Assembly (NCBI GenBank): GCA_963781675.1
Contig: CAWAGF010000006.1
Span: forward strand, 324,045 to 388,044
Reading direction: 5' to 3'
Length of the DNA stretch: 64,000 bases
From: an uncultured Actinomycetota bacterium
Lineage (GTDB): Bacteria > Actinomycetota > Actinomycetes > Mycobacteriales > SCTD01
Positions 20,715 to 30,992 of this stretch are shown piece after piece (position 1 is the stretch's first letter; each line of letters opens with the position of its first letter). Under the pieces are notes generated by a model. That model was not told the DNA's origin. It searched no databases and worked only from the letters and a program-made list of their open reading frames with translations. The position numbers and the translations under genes were made by a program.

Positions 20715-22238
20715 TCACGGGCGTCGCCAGACGCGGCCGTCGCGGGCGAGCATCTCGTCAGCGGCCCGCGGGCCCCACTCGCCGGCGCGGTAGAGGTGCG
20801 GGTCCTCCTCGAGCGAGGCCCAGTGCTGCTCGATCGGGTCGATGACCCGCCAGCTCTCCTCGACCTCCTCGTTGCGGGGGAACAGCGACGCGTCGCCGAG
20901 CAGCACGTCGAGCAGCAGCCGCTCGTACGCCTCGGGGCTGGCCTCGGTGAAGGCCTCGCCGTACTGGAAGTCCATCGCGACGTCGCGGACCTCCATGGTC
21001 GTGCCGGGCACCTTGGAGCCGAAGCGCAGCGTGACGCCCTCGTCCGGCTGGACCCGTACGACCAGCTGGTTGCTGCCCAGCTCCTCGGTGTCGGTCTTGC
21101 TGAACGGCAGGTGCGGGGCCTTGCGGAAGACGACAGCGATCTCGGTGACGCGGCGGGGGAGCCGCTTGCCGGTGCGCAGGTAGAAGGGGACCCCGGCCCA
21201 GCGGCGGGTCTCGACCTCCAGGCGGACGGCGGCGAAGGTCTCGGTGCGGCTGTCGGGGGCGACGCCCTCCTCGGCGCGGTAGCCCTTGACGCGCTCACCG
21301 GCCAGCCAGCCCTGGTCGTACTGCCCGCGGACGGCGTAGGCGGCCAGGTCGTCCGGCGGCTTGAGCGCGCCGAGCACCTTGCGCTTCTCGGCGCGCAGGC
21401 TCTCCGCGTCGAAGCCGACCGGCTCCTCCATCGCGGTCAGCGCGAGCAGCTGCAGCAGGTGGTTCTGCAGCACGTCGCGGGCCGCGCCGGTGCCCTCGTA
21501 GAAGCCGGCGCGCGAGCCGATGCCGACGTCCTCGGCCATCGTGATCTGGACCGAGTCGACGTGCTTGCTGTTCCAGATGGGCTCGAACAGCTCGTTGGCG
21601 AAGCGCAGCGCCAGCAGGTTCTGGACGGTCTCCTTGCCGAGGTAGTGGTCGATCCGGAAGACGTCCTGCGCGGTGAAGACGTCGTCGACCAGGTCGTTCA
21701 GCTCGCGCGAGGACGGCAGGTCGTGGCCGAACGGCTTCTCGACGACGACCCGCCGCCAGCCGCCGGACGCGTCGTTGTCCGCCATGCCGGTGCGCTGCAT
21801 CTGCTTGAGCACCGTCGGGAAGGCCGACGGCGGGATCGAGAGGTAGAAGGCGGCGTTGCCCTGCGTGCCGTGGCTGCTGTCGAGCTCGCGCAGCATCTCG
21901 GCCAGCCTGTCGAAGGCCTCGTCGTCGTCGAAGGACCCCGGCAGGAACTTCATCGAGTCGGACAGCCGCGCCCAGGTGGCCTCGCGGAACTCGGTGCGGG
22001 CGCCCTTCTCCGCGGCCTCGCGGGCGAGCTGCTCGAACTCGCCGTGGTCCCAGTCGCGCCGGGCGAACCCGAGCAGCGCGAAGCCGGGCGGCAGCAGGCC
22101 GCGGTTGGCCAGGTCGTAGACGGCCGGGATCAGCTTCTTCTTCGCGAGGTCACCGGTGACGCCGAAGACGACGAGCGTGCACGGGTCGGGGACCCGGGGG
22201 AGCCGGCGGTCACCGGGCGAGCGCAGCGGGTTGGTCAT
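20715..22238 (-). CDS. zwf: Glucose-6-phosphate 1-dehydrogenase
   Basis: ATG 22238 overlaps the pgi stop (ATGA). Motifs VVFGVTGDLAKKKL, RIDHYLGKE and EKPFG. Confidence 0.93.
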   Translation of the reverse strand: MTNPLRSPGDRRLPRVPDPCTLVVFGVTGDLAKKKLIPAVYDLANRGLLPPGFALLGFARRDWDHGEFEQLAREAAEKGARTEFREATWARLSDSMKFLPGSFDDDEAFDRLAEMLRELDSSHGTQGNAAFYLSIPPSAFPTVLKQMQRTGMADNDASGGWRRVVVEKPFGHDLPSSRELNDLVDDVFTAQDVFRIDHYLGKETVQNLLALRFANELFEPIWNSKHVDSVQITMAEDVGIGSRAGFYEGTGAARDVLQNHLLQLLALTAMEEPVGFDAESLRAEKRKVLGALKPPDDLAAYAVRGQYDQGWLAGERVKGYRAEEGVAPDSRTETFAAVRLEVETRRWAGVPFYLRTGKRLPRRVTEIAVVFRKAPHLPFSKTDTEELGSNQLVVRVQPDEGVTLRFGSKVPGTTMEVRDVAMDFQYGEAFTEASPEAYERLLLDVLLGDASLFPRNEEVEESWRVIDPIEQHWASLEEDPHLYRAGEWGPRAADEMLARDGRVWRRP

Positions 22239-23948
22239 CGGCCGCGGGCTGCGCTGAGCAGGGTCTGCAGGCCCCGGGCGCGGTCGGTGAGGTGCAGCGC
22301 GAGCACCGGCCGGCCGCGGGAGTCCAGCGCGCGCAGGTCGCCGAGGGCCTGCGCGGCCTGCAGGCTGCCGAAGGTGAACTCGCGGCCCGGCACCTCGAGG
22401 TCCTGCTCGACGGCGCCGGTGATCTGCAGGAAGGCGCCGGTCTGCGGGCCGCCCTTGTGGAACTGCCCGGTGGAGTGCAGGAACCGGGGGGCCCACCCGA
22501 AGGTGACCGGGTGCGCCAGCCGGGCGGCGAGCAGCGCCCGCAGCTCAGCGGCCGCCGCGTCGGCCTGCCGGTCCAGGTAGGCCATCACGGCGAGGTAGCC
22601 GCGCTCGGGCACGGCGGCCAGCAGCGCGTCCAGCGCGGCCGGGAGGCTGTCCACGGTGGCCAGCAGGTCGCCGGTGGCGTGCACCTCGACGCCGCCCTCG
22701 GAGAACAGCGGCTCGCGCACCGAAGACGGGCGCGCCGTCCAGGATCGCGCCGGTGTTGTCCTTGCTCTCCTGGACGTTCGGCTGGTCGAACGGGTTGATG
22801 CGCAGGGCCCAGCCGGCCACGGCCGTGGCGTACTCCCAGGCGAGGAACTGCGTGCCGAGCGGTCCGCTGACGGCGGTGCCGACCGTCGGCGGCTGCACGG
22901 AGGAGGCGGCTGCGACGACGAGGTGGCTGTCGGCGGCGGGCTCGGTCCCGGGGGCGTCCAGCGCCTCCACGACGATCGGCAGCAGGCCCTTGCCCTCCTT
23001 GCCGGTGGACTCCGCGACGAGCTGCTCGGCCCAGTCGCCGAAGCCCACGAGGCCGTCACCGGGGGCGAGCACCAGCTTGTCGCGACCGCCGACGGCACCG
23101 CCGCCGAGGACCGCGCCGAGCGCGAGCGCCGGGGAGTCGGAGGACAGCGAGGGCAGCAGCGCGGCGGCCTGGTCCAGCAGCGCGCCGACGTCGGCACCGG
23201 CCAGGCCGGACGGGACGATGCCGAACGCCGTCAGCGCGCTGTAGCGGCCGCCGACGTCGGGGTCGGCCAGGAAGACGGCGCGCACGCCCTCCTCCTGCGA
23301 CGCCTTCTCGAACGGGGAGCCCGGGTCGGTGACGACGACGATGCGCCGCGACGGGTCGACGCCGGCCGCCTCGAAGGCCGCCCGCGCCGCGCGCCGGTGG
23401 CTGTCGGTCTCGAGCGTGCCGCCGGACTTCGAGGACACGACGACGACGGTGCGCTCGAGCTCGACGAAGGCGCTGCGCACCTGGCCGGGGTCGGTCGTGT
23501 CGACGACGACCAGCGGCACGCCGGCCGTCCGGCAGACGACCTCGGGCGCCAGCGACGAGCCGCCCATGCCGCAGAGCACGACCCGGTCGACGCCCTCGGC
23601 AGCGAGCTCGTCGCGCAGGGCGAGCACCTGGGGGAGCAGCGCGCGGCCGGTGTCGACGACGTCGAGCCAGCCGAGCCGGATGCTCGCCTCCGGGGTCGCC
23701 TCCGGCCCCCACAGGGTGGCGTCCTTGCGCGCCAGCGCCTCGGCAAGCCCGGCCTCCCGCGCCTCCGCGAGCACGCCGTCGGCCGCCTGCACCAGCGCCC
23801 CGCCTGCCGTCTGCACGGTCAGACCCGCCGCGGTGACCGGGGATCCGGCCACGGGGGCGGACCTGGTCGCGGGTCCGGGAGCCGCCGGGGCGTCCGGGTC
23901 GACCGACCGCCGCGCCTCCGCGACGTCCTCCGCCCTCGGCTCGCTCAC
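22235..23948 (-). pseudogene. pgi: Glucose-6-phosphate isomerase (actinobacterial type encoded next to tal), frame-disrupted at 22727
   Basis: GTG 23948 overlaps the tal stop (GTGA). [24 protein letters not shown] and [10 protein letters not shown] are in the ORF 22545..25121 frame. The C-terminus [19 protein letters not shown]...FLHSTGQFHKGGPQTG is in ORF 22235..23197. Corrected length is 1713 nt. Confidence 0.85.
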
Positions 23949-25121
23949 GTGGCGCTCGCCGAGGGAGAGCCGGCTGCGGGGCCCTTGCCGGCCGGGTCGG
24001 TCCCGCCGTCGGGAGCGACGTCGGCGCCGGCCTTCTCGAGCTGCTCGGTCATCGACTCGATGAGGGAGGTCCAGGCGTCCTCGAACTTGCTGACGCCCTC
24101 CTCCTCGAGCTGCTGCACGACCTCGTCGTAGTCGATGCCGGCCGCCTTCAGGTCGTCGAGCACCTGCTGCGCCTCGGCGTACGCGCCGGTCACCGTGTCG
24201 CCGCGCACGACGCCGTGGTCGAAGACGGCGTCCATCGTGGCCTCGGGCATCGTGTTCACGGTGCCGGGCGCCACCAGCTCGACGACGTACTGCGTGTCGT
24301 CGTAGGCCGGGTCCTTCACGCCGGTCGACGCCCACAGCGCGCGCTGCGGCTTGGCGCCGGCCTGCTCGAGCGCCTTCCAGCGGTCTGAGCGACTGCTGAA
24401 GACCTGCTCGTAGTGCTGGTAGGCCAGGCGCGCGTTGGCGATGGCCGCCTTGCCGCGCAGCTCGCTGCCGTCGCCGAGCCGCTCGTCGATCTCGCTGTCG
24501 ACGCGGGAGACGAAGAAGGACGCCACCGAGCCGATGCGCGACAGGTCGTGGCCGTTCGACCTGAGCCTGCTCGAGACCGGCGAGGAACGCCTCCATGACC
24601 GCGTCGTAGCGCTCCAGGGAGAAGATGAGCGTGACGTTCACGCTGATGCCCTGCGCCAGGACCTCGGTGATCGCCGGGAGGCCGGGCAGCGTGGCCGGGA
24701 TCTTGATGTAGAGGTTCGGCCGGTCGACCAGCCACCACAGCGCCTTGGCCTCGGCGACGGTGCGGGCGGTGTCCTGCGCCACCCGCGGGTCGACCTCGAT
24801 GGACACCCGGCCGTCGACGCCGTCGGTGCGGTCGTAGACCTCCTTCAGCACGTCGCAGGCCCAGCGGACGTCGTACGTCGTGAGCATCCGGATCGCCTCG
24901 CCGACGTCGGTGCCGCGCAGCGCGAGGTCGCGCACCTGCTCGTCGTAGGCCGCGCCGTCGGACAGCGCCTTCTGGAAGATCGACGGGTTGGTGGTCACCC
25001 CGACGACGTCCTTGTCGCGCACCAGCTCCGCGAGGTTCCCCGAGCGCAGCCGCTCACGGGACAGGTCGTCGAGCCAGACGGCGACGCCTGCTGCGGACAG
25101 GTCGGACAGGGCAGAGCTCAA
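23945..25121 (-). pseudogene. tal: Transaldolase, frame-disrupted at 24560
   Basis: The N-terminal part [25 protein letters not shown]...GVTTNPSIF...IKIPAT is in one frame. After the extra base it continues as [25 protein letters not shown] (ORF 23945..24526). Corrected length is 1176 nt. Confidence 0.9.
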
Positions 25122-25137
25122 GAGGGGTCTCCCGACA

Positions 25138-27231
25138 TCAGTTGGTGTTCGTGGTCATGCCCAGCTTCGAGAGGGACGCACGCGCGGCAGCCACCACGCG
25201 CTCGGCCGTGAGCCCGAACTGCTCGTAGAGCACGGAGTACGGGGCGCTCGCGCCGAAGTGCTCCAGCGCCACGCACTCGCCGTAGCCCCCGACCCACTCG
25301 TGCCAGCCCTGCGAGACGGCCGCCTCGACCGACACGCGCGCCTGGACGTCGGTCGGGAAGACGGTGCGCTTGTACGCCTCGTCCTGCGCGCGGAACCACT
25401 CGACGCAGGGCATCGACACCACGCGGGTCGGGATGCCCTCGGCCTCGAGCGCCTCCTGCGCGGCGACGCAGATCTGCACCTCGGAGCCGGTGCCGACGAG
25501 CAGCACCTGCGGGGCGCCGTCGCTGGCGTCGCGCAGGACGTACGCGCCGCGCGCCGTGCCCTCGGCGGAGCCGAAGACGGTGCGGTCGAACGTGGGGACG
25601 TTCTGGCGCGTCAGGCAGATGCCGGCCGGCCGGTCCGTCGTCTCGAGGATGGTGCGCCAGGCGACGGCCGTCTCGTTCGCGTCCGCCGGTCGCACGACGT
25701 CCAGGCCCGGCACGGCACGCAGCGAGGCCAGGTGCTCGATCGGCTGGTGCGTCGGGCCGTCCTCGCCCAGGCCGATCGAGTCGTGCGTCCACACGTAGGT
25801 GACCGGCAGGCCCATCAGCGCGGCGAGCCGCACGGCGCCGCGCATGTAGTCGCTGAACACGAGGAACGTGCCGCCGTAGACGCGGGTGCCGCCGTGCAGG
25901 GCGATGCCGTTCATGACGGCGCCCATGGCGTGCTCGCGGATGCCGAAGTGCAGCGTCCGGCCGTACGGGTCGGCGCCCGCCAGCGGGTTGCCCTCCGGCA
26001 GGAAGGAGCTGTCCTCGTCGATCGTCGTGTTGTTGCTCTCGGCGAGGTCGGCCGAGCCGCCCCACAGCTCCGGGACGACCGCGCCGAGGGAGGCCAGCAC
26101 CTTGCCGCTGGCCTTGCGGGTCGCGACGCCCTTCTGGTCGGCCTCGAACTCCGGCAGCGCGGCGGCCCAGCCGTCCGGCAGGCGGCGGGCCTGCAGGCGG
26201 TCGTGCAGCGCCTTGCGCTCCGGGCTGCCGGCGGCCCACGCGTCGTACTGCTCCTGCCAGGCGGCGTGCGCCGCGCGGCCGCGCTCGAGGACCCCGCGGG
26301 CGTGCTGCACGACCTCCTCGGGGGCGTAGAACGTGGTGTCCGGCGGGAAGCCGATGGCCTCCTTGGTCAGCCGCACCTCGTCCTCGCCGAGGGCCGCGCC
26401 GTGGGCCTTGCCGGTGTTCTGCAGGTTCGGGGCGGGGTAGCCGATGATCGTCCGCATCGCGATGAAGCTCGGCCGGTCGGTCGTGTCGCGGGCGCGCACC
26501 AGCGCGGCGTGCAGCTCGTCGACGTCGTTGCCGTCCTCGACGCGCTGGACGTGCCAGCCGTAGGCCTCGTACCGCGCGGGGACGTCCTCGGAGAAGGCGG
26601 TCTGCGTGTCGCCCTCGATGGAGATGTGGTTGTCGTCGTAGAGCACGACGAGGTTGCCGAGCCGCTGGTGGCCGGCGAGCGAGGACGCCTCGGCGCTGAT
26701 GCCCTCCTCGAGGTCCCCGTCGGAGGCGATGCACCAGATGGTGTGGTCGAAGGGCGACGCGCCCGCGGGGGCGTCCGGGTCGAGCAGGCCGCGCTCGTAG
26801 CGCGCTGCCATGGCCATGCCCACGGCGTTGCCGACGCCCTGGCCGAGCGGGCCGGTGGTGACCTCGACACCGGGGGTGTGCCCGTGCTCGGGGTGGCCGG
26901 GGGTCAGCGAGCCCCACTGCCGCAGGTGCGCGAGGTCCTCGACGGTCAGGCCGTAGCCGGAAAGGAAGAGCTGGACGTACAGCGTCAGCGAGGTGTGCCC
27001 GCAGGACAGCACGAAGCGGTCGCGCCCGGTCCAGTCCGGGTCGCTCGGGTCGTGGCGCAGCAGGCGCTGGTAGATCAGGTACGCGGCGGGCGCCAGGCTC
27101 ATGGCCGTGCCGGGGTGGCCCGAGCCCGCGGCCTCGACGGCGTCCATGGCGAGGGCGCGGGACACCTCGACGGCCTGGCGGTCGAGGTCGGTCCACTCCA
27201 GCGTCGGGGCGTCGGTGTCGGGAGAGCTCAT
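25138..27231 (-). CDS. tkt: Transketolase
   Basis: ATG 27231 (an alternative in-frame ATG lies at 27273). Motifs [23 protein letters not shown] and [13 protein letters not shown]. It lies within shadow-extended ORF 25138..28497. Confidence 0.93.
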   Translation of the reverse strand: MSSPDTDAPTLEWTDLDRQAVEVSRALAMDAVEAAGSGHPGTAMSLAPAAYLIYQRLLRHDPSDPDWTGRDRFVLSCGHTSLTLYVQLFLSGYGLTVEDLAHLRQWGSLTPGHPEHGHTPGVEVTTGPLGQGVGNAVGMAMAARYERGLLDPDAPAGASPFDHTIWCIASDGDLEEGISAEASSLAGHQRLGNLVVLYDDNHISIEGDTQTAFSEDVPARYEAYGWHVQRVEDGNDVDELHAALVRARDTTDRPSFIAMRTIIGYPAPNLQNTGKAHGAALGEDEVRLTKEAIGFPPDTTFYAPEEVVQHARGVLERGRAAHAAWQEQYDAWAAGSPERKALHDRLQARRLPDGWAAALPEFEADQKGVATRKASGKVLASLGAVVPELWGGSADLAESNNTTIDEDSSFLPEGNPLAGADPYGRTLHFGIREHAMGAVMNGIALHGGTRVYGGTFLVFSDYMRGAVRLAALMGLPVTYVWTHDSIGLGEDGPTHQPIEHLASLRAVPGLDVVRPADANETAVAWRTILETTDRPAGICLTRQNVPTFDRTVFGSAEGTARGAYVLRDASDGAPQVLLVGTGSEVQICVAAQEALEAEGIPTRVVSMPCVEWFRAQDEAYKRTVFPTDVQARVSVEAAVSQGWHEWVGGYGECVALEHFGASAPYSVLYEQFGLTAERVVAAARASLSKLGMTTNTN

Positions 27232-27363
27232 GCGGCTGCGGTCGCCTTCGTCGAGGGGCTGTCCAGTGATCATCTGGAACCTATCCCCAGCCGTTCCCCG
27301 GACGGCGTCGGGCAACCGGGCAGCCGGCAGGCCACGACCGGAGCCCGTCGGTAGACTCGGCCC

Positions 27364-28287
27364 GTGACGACGCTCGCGGACCCGACCGCTCCGCCGGCGC
27401 CCGCGACCCGTTCGGTGCGCGCCACCGTCGGCGCCTACGTCGCGCTCACCAAGCCCCGCATCATCGAGCTCCTGCTCGTCACGACGGTGCCGACGATGGT
27501 GCTCGCCGAGCAGGGCATGCCCTCGCTCCGGCTCGTGCTCGTCACGCTCGTCGGCGGGTCGCTGGCGGCCGGCAGCGCCAACGCTCTGAACTGCTACTAC
27601 GACCGCGACATCGACGTGGTCATGCACCGCACGTCGCGGCGTCCGCTCGCTCAGCGCAGCGTCCCGCCGTTCAACGCGCTGGTCTTCGGCCTGGTGCTGG
27701 GCGTGCTGTCCTTCGTCGGCCTCGCTCTGACGACGAACCTGCTGTCGGCCGTGCTGGCCGTCGCGGCGATCGCCTTCTACGTCCTCGTCTACACGATGCT
27801 GCTCAAGCGGCGGACGTCTCAGAACATCGTCTGGGGCGGCGCCGCGGGCTGCATGCCGGTGCTCATCGGCTGGTCCGCCGTGACCGGCGAGGTGGGCTGG
27901 CCGGCCGTGGCGCTGTTCATGGTCATCTTCTTCTGGACGCCGCCGCACTTCTGGGCGCTGGCCATGCGCTTCAAGGACGACTACGCCGCCGCCGCGGTCC
28001 CGATGCTGCCGGTCGTCGCCGCGCCCGCCGTGGTGGCCTCGCGGATCGTCGCCTACTCCTGGGCGATGGTCCTCACCTCGCTGCTGCTCGTGGCGCCGCT
28101 CGGCCCGTCCGGACCGGTCTACGGCGTCAGCGCCGTCCTGCTCGGCGCAGCCTTCCTGCGCGAGGCGCATCTCCTGCAGCGCCGGGTGCGGCGCGGCGAC
28201 GAGGCCAGCCCCATGCGGCTGTTCCACTGGTCGATCACCTACCTCGCGCTGCTGTTCCTCGCGGTCGCGGTCGACGCACTGCTCTGA
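27364..28287 (+). CDS. ctaB: Protoheme IX farnesyltransferase (heme O synthase)
   Basis: [36 protein letters not shown], and the UbiA-family multi-TM pattern. Confidence 0.9.
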   Translation: MTTLADPTAPPAPATRSVRATVGAYVALTKPRIIELLLVTTVPTMVLAEQGMPSLRLVLVTLVGGSLAAGSANALNCYYDRDIDVVMHRTSRRPLAQRSVPPFNALVFGLVLGVLSFVGLALTTNLLSAVLAVAAIAFYVLVYTMLLKRRTSQNIVWGGAAGCMPVLIGWSAVTGEVGWPAVALFMVIFFWTPPHFWALAMRFKDDYAAAAVPMLPVVAAPAVVASRIVAYSWAMVLTSLLLVAPLGPSGPVYGVSAVLLGAAFLREAHLLQRRVRRGDEASPMRLFHWSITYLALLFLAVAVDALL

Positions 28288-29117
28288 TGCGCCCGCGCGT
28301 CGCGCTCGCCACCTTCGACGGCTTCCCCGAGCTGTACGACGACGACCGGCTGGCGCTCGGGCCGCTGCACGACGCGGGCGTCGACGCGGTGCCCGTCGTG
28401 TGGGACGCGGGCGCGGACTGGTCGTCGTACGACCTGGTGGTCGTGCGCTCGACGTGGGACTACACGCTGCGCCGCGAGCAGTTCCTCGACTGGGCATCGG
28501 GCGTGCCGCGGCTGCACAACCCGTTCGAGGTGCTCGCCTGGAACACCGACAAGCGCTACCTCTCCGAGCTGGCCGCGGCGGGCGTCCCCGTCGTGCCGAC
28601 GACCTTCGTCGCGCCCGGTGAGCCGTTCGAGGTGCCGTCGTACGAGCACGTGGTCAAGCCGACCGTCAGCGCGGGGGCGCGGGACACCCGGCGCTTCGCC
28701 GCGGGGGAGTCCAGCCAGGCGCACGCGCAGGCGCTGCTCGAGGCCGGGCGCACGGTGATGGTCCAGCCGTACCAGGCGGCGGTCGACGACGCCGGCGAGA
28801 CCGCGCTGCTGTCGTTCCTGGGCGAGCACAGCCACGCCGCCCGCAAGGACCCGGTGCTCGTGCCGACGCTCGCCGACCCGCACGACGTGGCGATCACGCC
28901 GCGCACCGCGTCGGAGGCCGAGCGCGCGGTGGCGCGGGCGGCGCTGGCCTGCGTGCCGGTCGACGGTCCGCTGCTCTACGCCCGGGTCGACGTGGTCCCC
29001 GGCCCGGACGGCCAGCCGCTGCTGATGGAGCTCGAGGTCACCGAGCCGTGCCTGTTCTTCGGCCAGGCGCCGGGGTCCGCGGAGCGCTTCGCTGCTGCGG
29101 TGCGCTCGCTCCTCTAG
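28287..29117 (+). CDS. ATP-grasp domain protein (RimK / glutathione-synthetase-like fold)
   Basis: ATG 28287 overlaps the ctaB stop (TGATG). VVKPTVSAGARDTRRF, TVMVQPYQAAVD and LLMELEVTEPCLFF are typical ATP-grasp segments. Confidence 0.7.
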   Translation: MRPRVALATFDGFPELYDDDRLALGPLHDAGVDAVPVVWDAGADWSSYDLVVVRSTWDYTLRREQFLDWASGVPRLHNPFEVLAWNTDKRYLSELAAAGVPVVPTTFVAPGEPFEVPSYEHVVKPTVSAGARDTRRFAAGESSQAHAQALLEAGRTVMVQPYQAAVDDAGETALLSFLGEHSHAARKDPVLVPTLADPHDVAITPRTASEAERAVARAALACVPVDGPLLYARVDVVPGPDGQPLLMELEVTEPCLFFGQAPGSAERFAAAVRSLL

Positions 29118-30040
29118 AGCAGCAGGCTCTCCCGGACCGGCACCGGCTCGGGCTCGGTCGCCTCCTCGAGCGGTCCGCGGTCGCGCAGCGCGAGGACGGC
29201 GTGCACCGCCGCGACGGTGACGAGGCAGGCGCCGAGCAGGTGCAGCGCGACCAGCGGCACCGGCAGGTCGGTGAAGTACTGCACGAAGCCCAGCACGCCC
29301 TGGCTCAGCTCGACCGCGAGCAGGACGCCCATGGCGCGCGACGGCCCGCCGGTGGCCTTGAGGGCGGCCCAGAAGGCGGCGGTCAGGCCGACGAGCAGGA
29401 AGACGAGGTCGGCGTGCAGCTGGCTGACGCTCTCCGGGTCGAAGCCGGTGCGTGCCGCCGCGCTGTCGCCGGAGTGCGGGCCGCTGCCGGTCACGAGCGT
29501 GCCGGCGACCAGGGTGGTCCCGACGAGGACGAGCAGCCCGGTGCCGAGGCGCTGCAGCGGCCGCCCGACCAGCGGGCGCGGCGGCAGGTCGCCCTCGCGC
29601 GCGCGCTGGTGCAGCACCACCGCCAGCGCGATCAGCGTGCTGGACACGAGGAAGTGGCCCATGACGGTCCACGGGTTCAGGCTCGTGAGCACGGTGATGC
29701 CGCCGAGGACGGCCTGCGCGGGGATGCCGAGCAGGACGAGCACGGCCAGCAGGCGCAGGCCGGGACGGCGCGGCCGCTGGCGCCAGACCGCGACGGTGCC
29801 GGCGACCACGACCGCGAGCAGCACGAAGGTCAGCAGCCGGTTGCCGAACTCGATCAGGCCGTGGCCGGCGTACTCCGCGGTCGGCGTGTAGGTCGCGTCG
29901 GTGCAGCGCGGCCAGGTCGGGCAGCCGAGCCCGCTGGACGTCAGGCGCACCGCGCCACCCGTGACGACGATGGCGCTGTTGGCGACGACGCTCGCCAGCG
30001 CGAGCCGGCGGACGGTGCGCGGCGTCGGGCGGGGGAGCAC
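29114..30040 (-). CDS. ctaA: Heme A synthase (COX15/CtaA)
   Basis: LTSSGLGCPTWPRC, eight predicted TM helices, and conserved His residues (HGLIEFGNR, HFLVSS, HADLVF, HLLGA). Confidence 0.85.
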   Translation of the reverse strand: MLPRPTPRTVRRLALASVVANSAIVVTGGAVRLTSSGLGCPTWPRCTDATYTPTAEYAGHGLIEFGNRLLTFVLLAVVVAGTVAVWRQRPRRPGLRLLAVLVLLGIPAQAVLGGITVLTSLNPWTVMGHFLVSSTLIALAVVLHQRAREGDLPPRPLVGRPLQRLGTGLLVLVGTTLVAGTLVTGSGPHSGDSAAARTGFDPESVSQLHADLVFLLVGLTAAFWAALKATGGPSRAMGVLLAVELSQGVLGFVQYFTDLPVPLVALHLLGACLVTVAAVHAVLALRDRGPLEEATEPEPVPVRESLLL

Positions 30041-30070
30041 GCGCTCAGCCTAGGGCGGCAGGATGGCCCC

Positions 30071-30988
30071 GTGCCTGTTGGGAGCGTGTCCGTGAAGCCG
30101 TGGACCAAGCCCGGCGCGCGCCGCAACCGCAGCCGCGTCGTGCGGTGGGCGCGGCTGTGGCGGACCCGCCGACCGGTGACCTTCACCGAGAAGGTCCGCT
30201 ACAAGATGCTTCGCGACCACCGGCCGCTCCAGGTGGTCTTCGCGGACAAGGCGGCGATGCGGTCCTACGTCGCCGCGACGGTCGGGGAGCAGCACCTGCC
30301 GCGGCTGGTCGCCCTGCTCGACGACCCGGCGGCGCTGCGGGACCTGGCGCTGCCGGACGCGTGCGTCGTGAAGCCGACGCACGGCAGCGGCGCCTGCGTC
30401 GTCGTCTCGCCCGCCGCCCCGGCCGACGCGCGGCTGCCGACGCCAGAGCACGGCTGGGTCTACGCGCACGTGCGGTCTGGCGATCCCGCACAGCTCGCGG
30501 CGATCGCCGAGGGCTGGTGCAGCAGGACGTACGGCCGGGGCCCGAACCACGAGTGGGCGTACGGCCAGGTCCGCCCGCGGGTGCTCGTCGAGGAGCTGCT
30601 GCGCGGTCCGGACGGCGGGCCGCCGGCCGACCACAAGCTGCTCGTCTTCCACGGCCGCTGCCGCTTCGTGCAGGTCGACGAGGGGAGGTTCGGCACCCAC
30701 ACGACCGACTTCCTGGACCGCGACTGGACGCCGCTGGACCTCGTCGGCGGGCACCCGCGCGCGAGCGCCCCGCCACCGCGCCCGGCCGCGCTGGAAGAGG
30801 CGCTCGACCTGGCGGAGCGGCTCGGCGCCGGGACCGACTTCGTGCGCGTCGACCTGTTCGTGCTCCCGGACCGGGTGGTGGTCGGCGAGCTGACGAGCAG
30901 CCCGGCGGGGGGCGACAGCCCGTTCGACCCGCCGCACTGGGACGCCGTCTTCGGCGAGACCTGGACGGTGCCGCGCCGCTACCGCTGA
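30071..30988 (+). CDS. ATP-grasp fold amidoligase family protein (TupA-like)
   Basis: Tail of ORF 29048..30988. Possible in-frame GTG starts lie at 30071, 30086 and 30092. FTEKVRYKMLRDHRP, CVVKPTHGSGA, DHKLLVFHGRCRFVQVD and DFVRVDLF match my recollection of the TupA-like ATP-grasp family. Confidence 0.6.
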   Translation: MPVGSVSVKPWTKPGARRNRSRVVRWARLWRTRRPVTFTEKVRYKMLRDHRPLQVVFADKAAMRSYVAATVGEQHLPRLVALLDDPAALRDLALPDACVVKPTHGSGACVVVSPAAPADARLPTPEHGWVYAHVRSGDPAQLAAIAEGWCSRTYGRGPNHEWAYGQVRPRVLVEELLRGPDGGPPADHKLLVFHGRCRFVQVDEGRFGTHTTDFLDRDWTPLDLVGGHPRASAPPPRPAALEEALDLAERLGAGTDFVRVDLFVLPDRVVVGELTSSPAGGDSPFDPPHWDAVFGETWTVPRRYR

Positions 30989-30992
30989 GCGG

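Noticed and set aside
22545-25121. The 858-aa ORF read as a bifunctional transaldolase/phosphoglucose isomerase
   Set aside because: Such fusions do exist. Here, however, the linker is an out-of-frame Arg-rich stretch, the real Tal C-terminus is in ORF 23945..24526, and pgi starts at a GTGA overlap (23948).
28287-29117. ATP-grasp gene as part of a graspetide/RiPP cluster
   Set aside because: There is no small precursor-peptide ORF, protease or exporter adjacent. The flanking genes are ctaB and ctaA.
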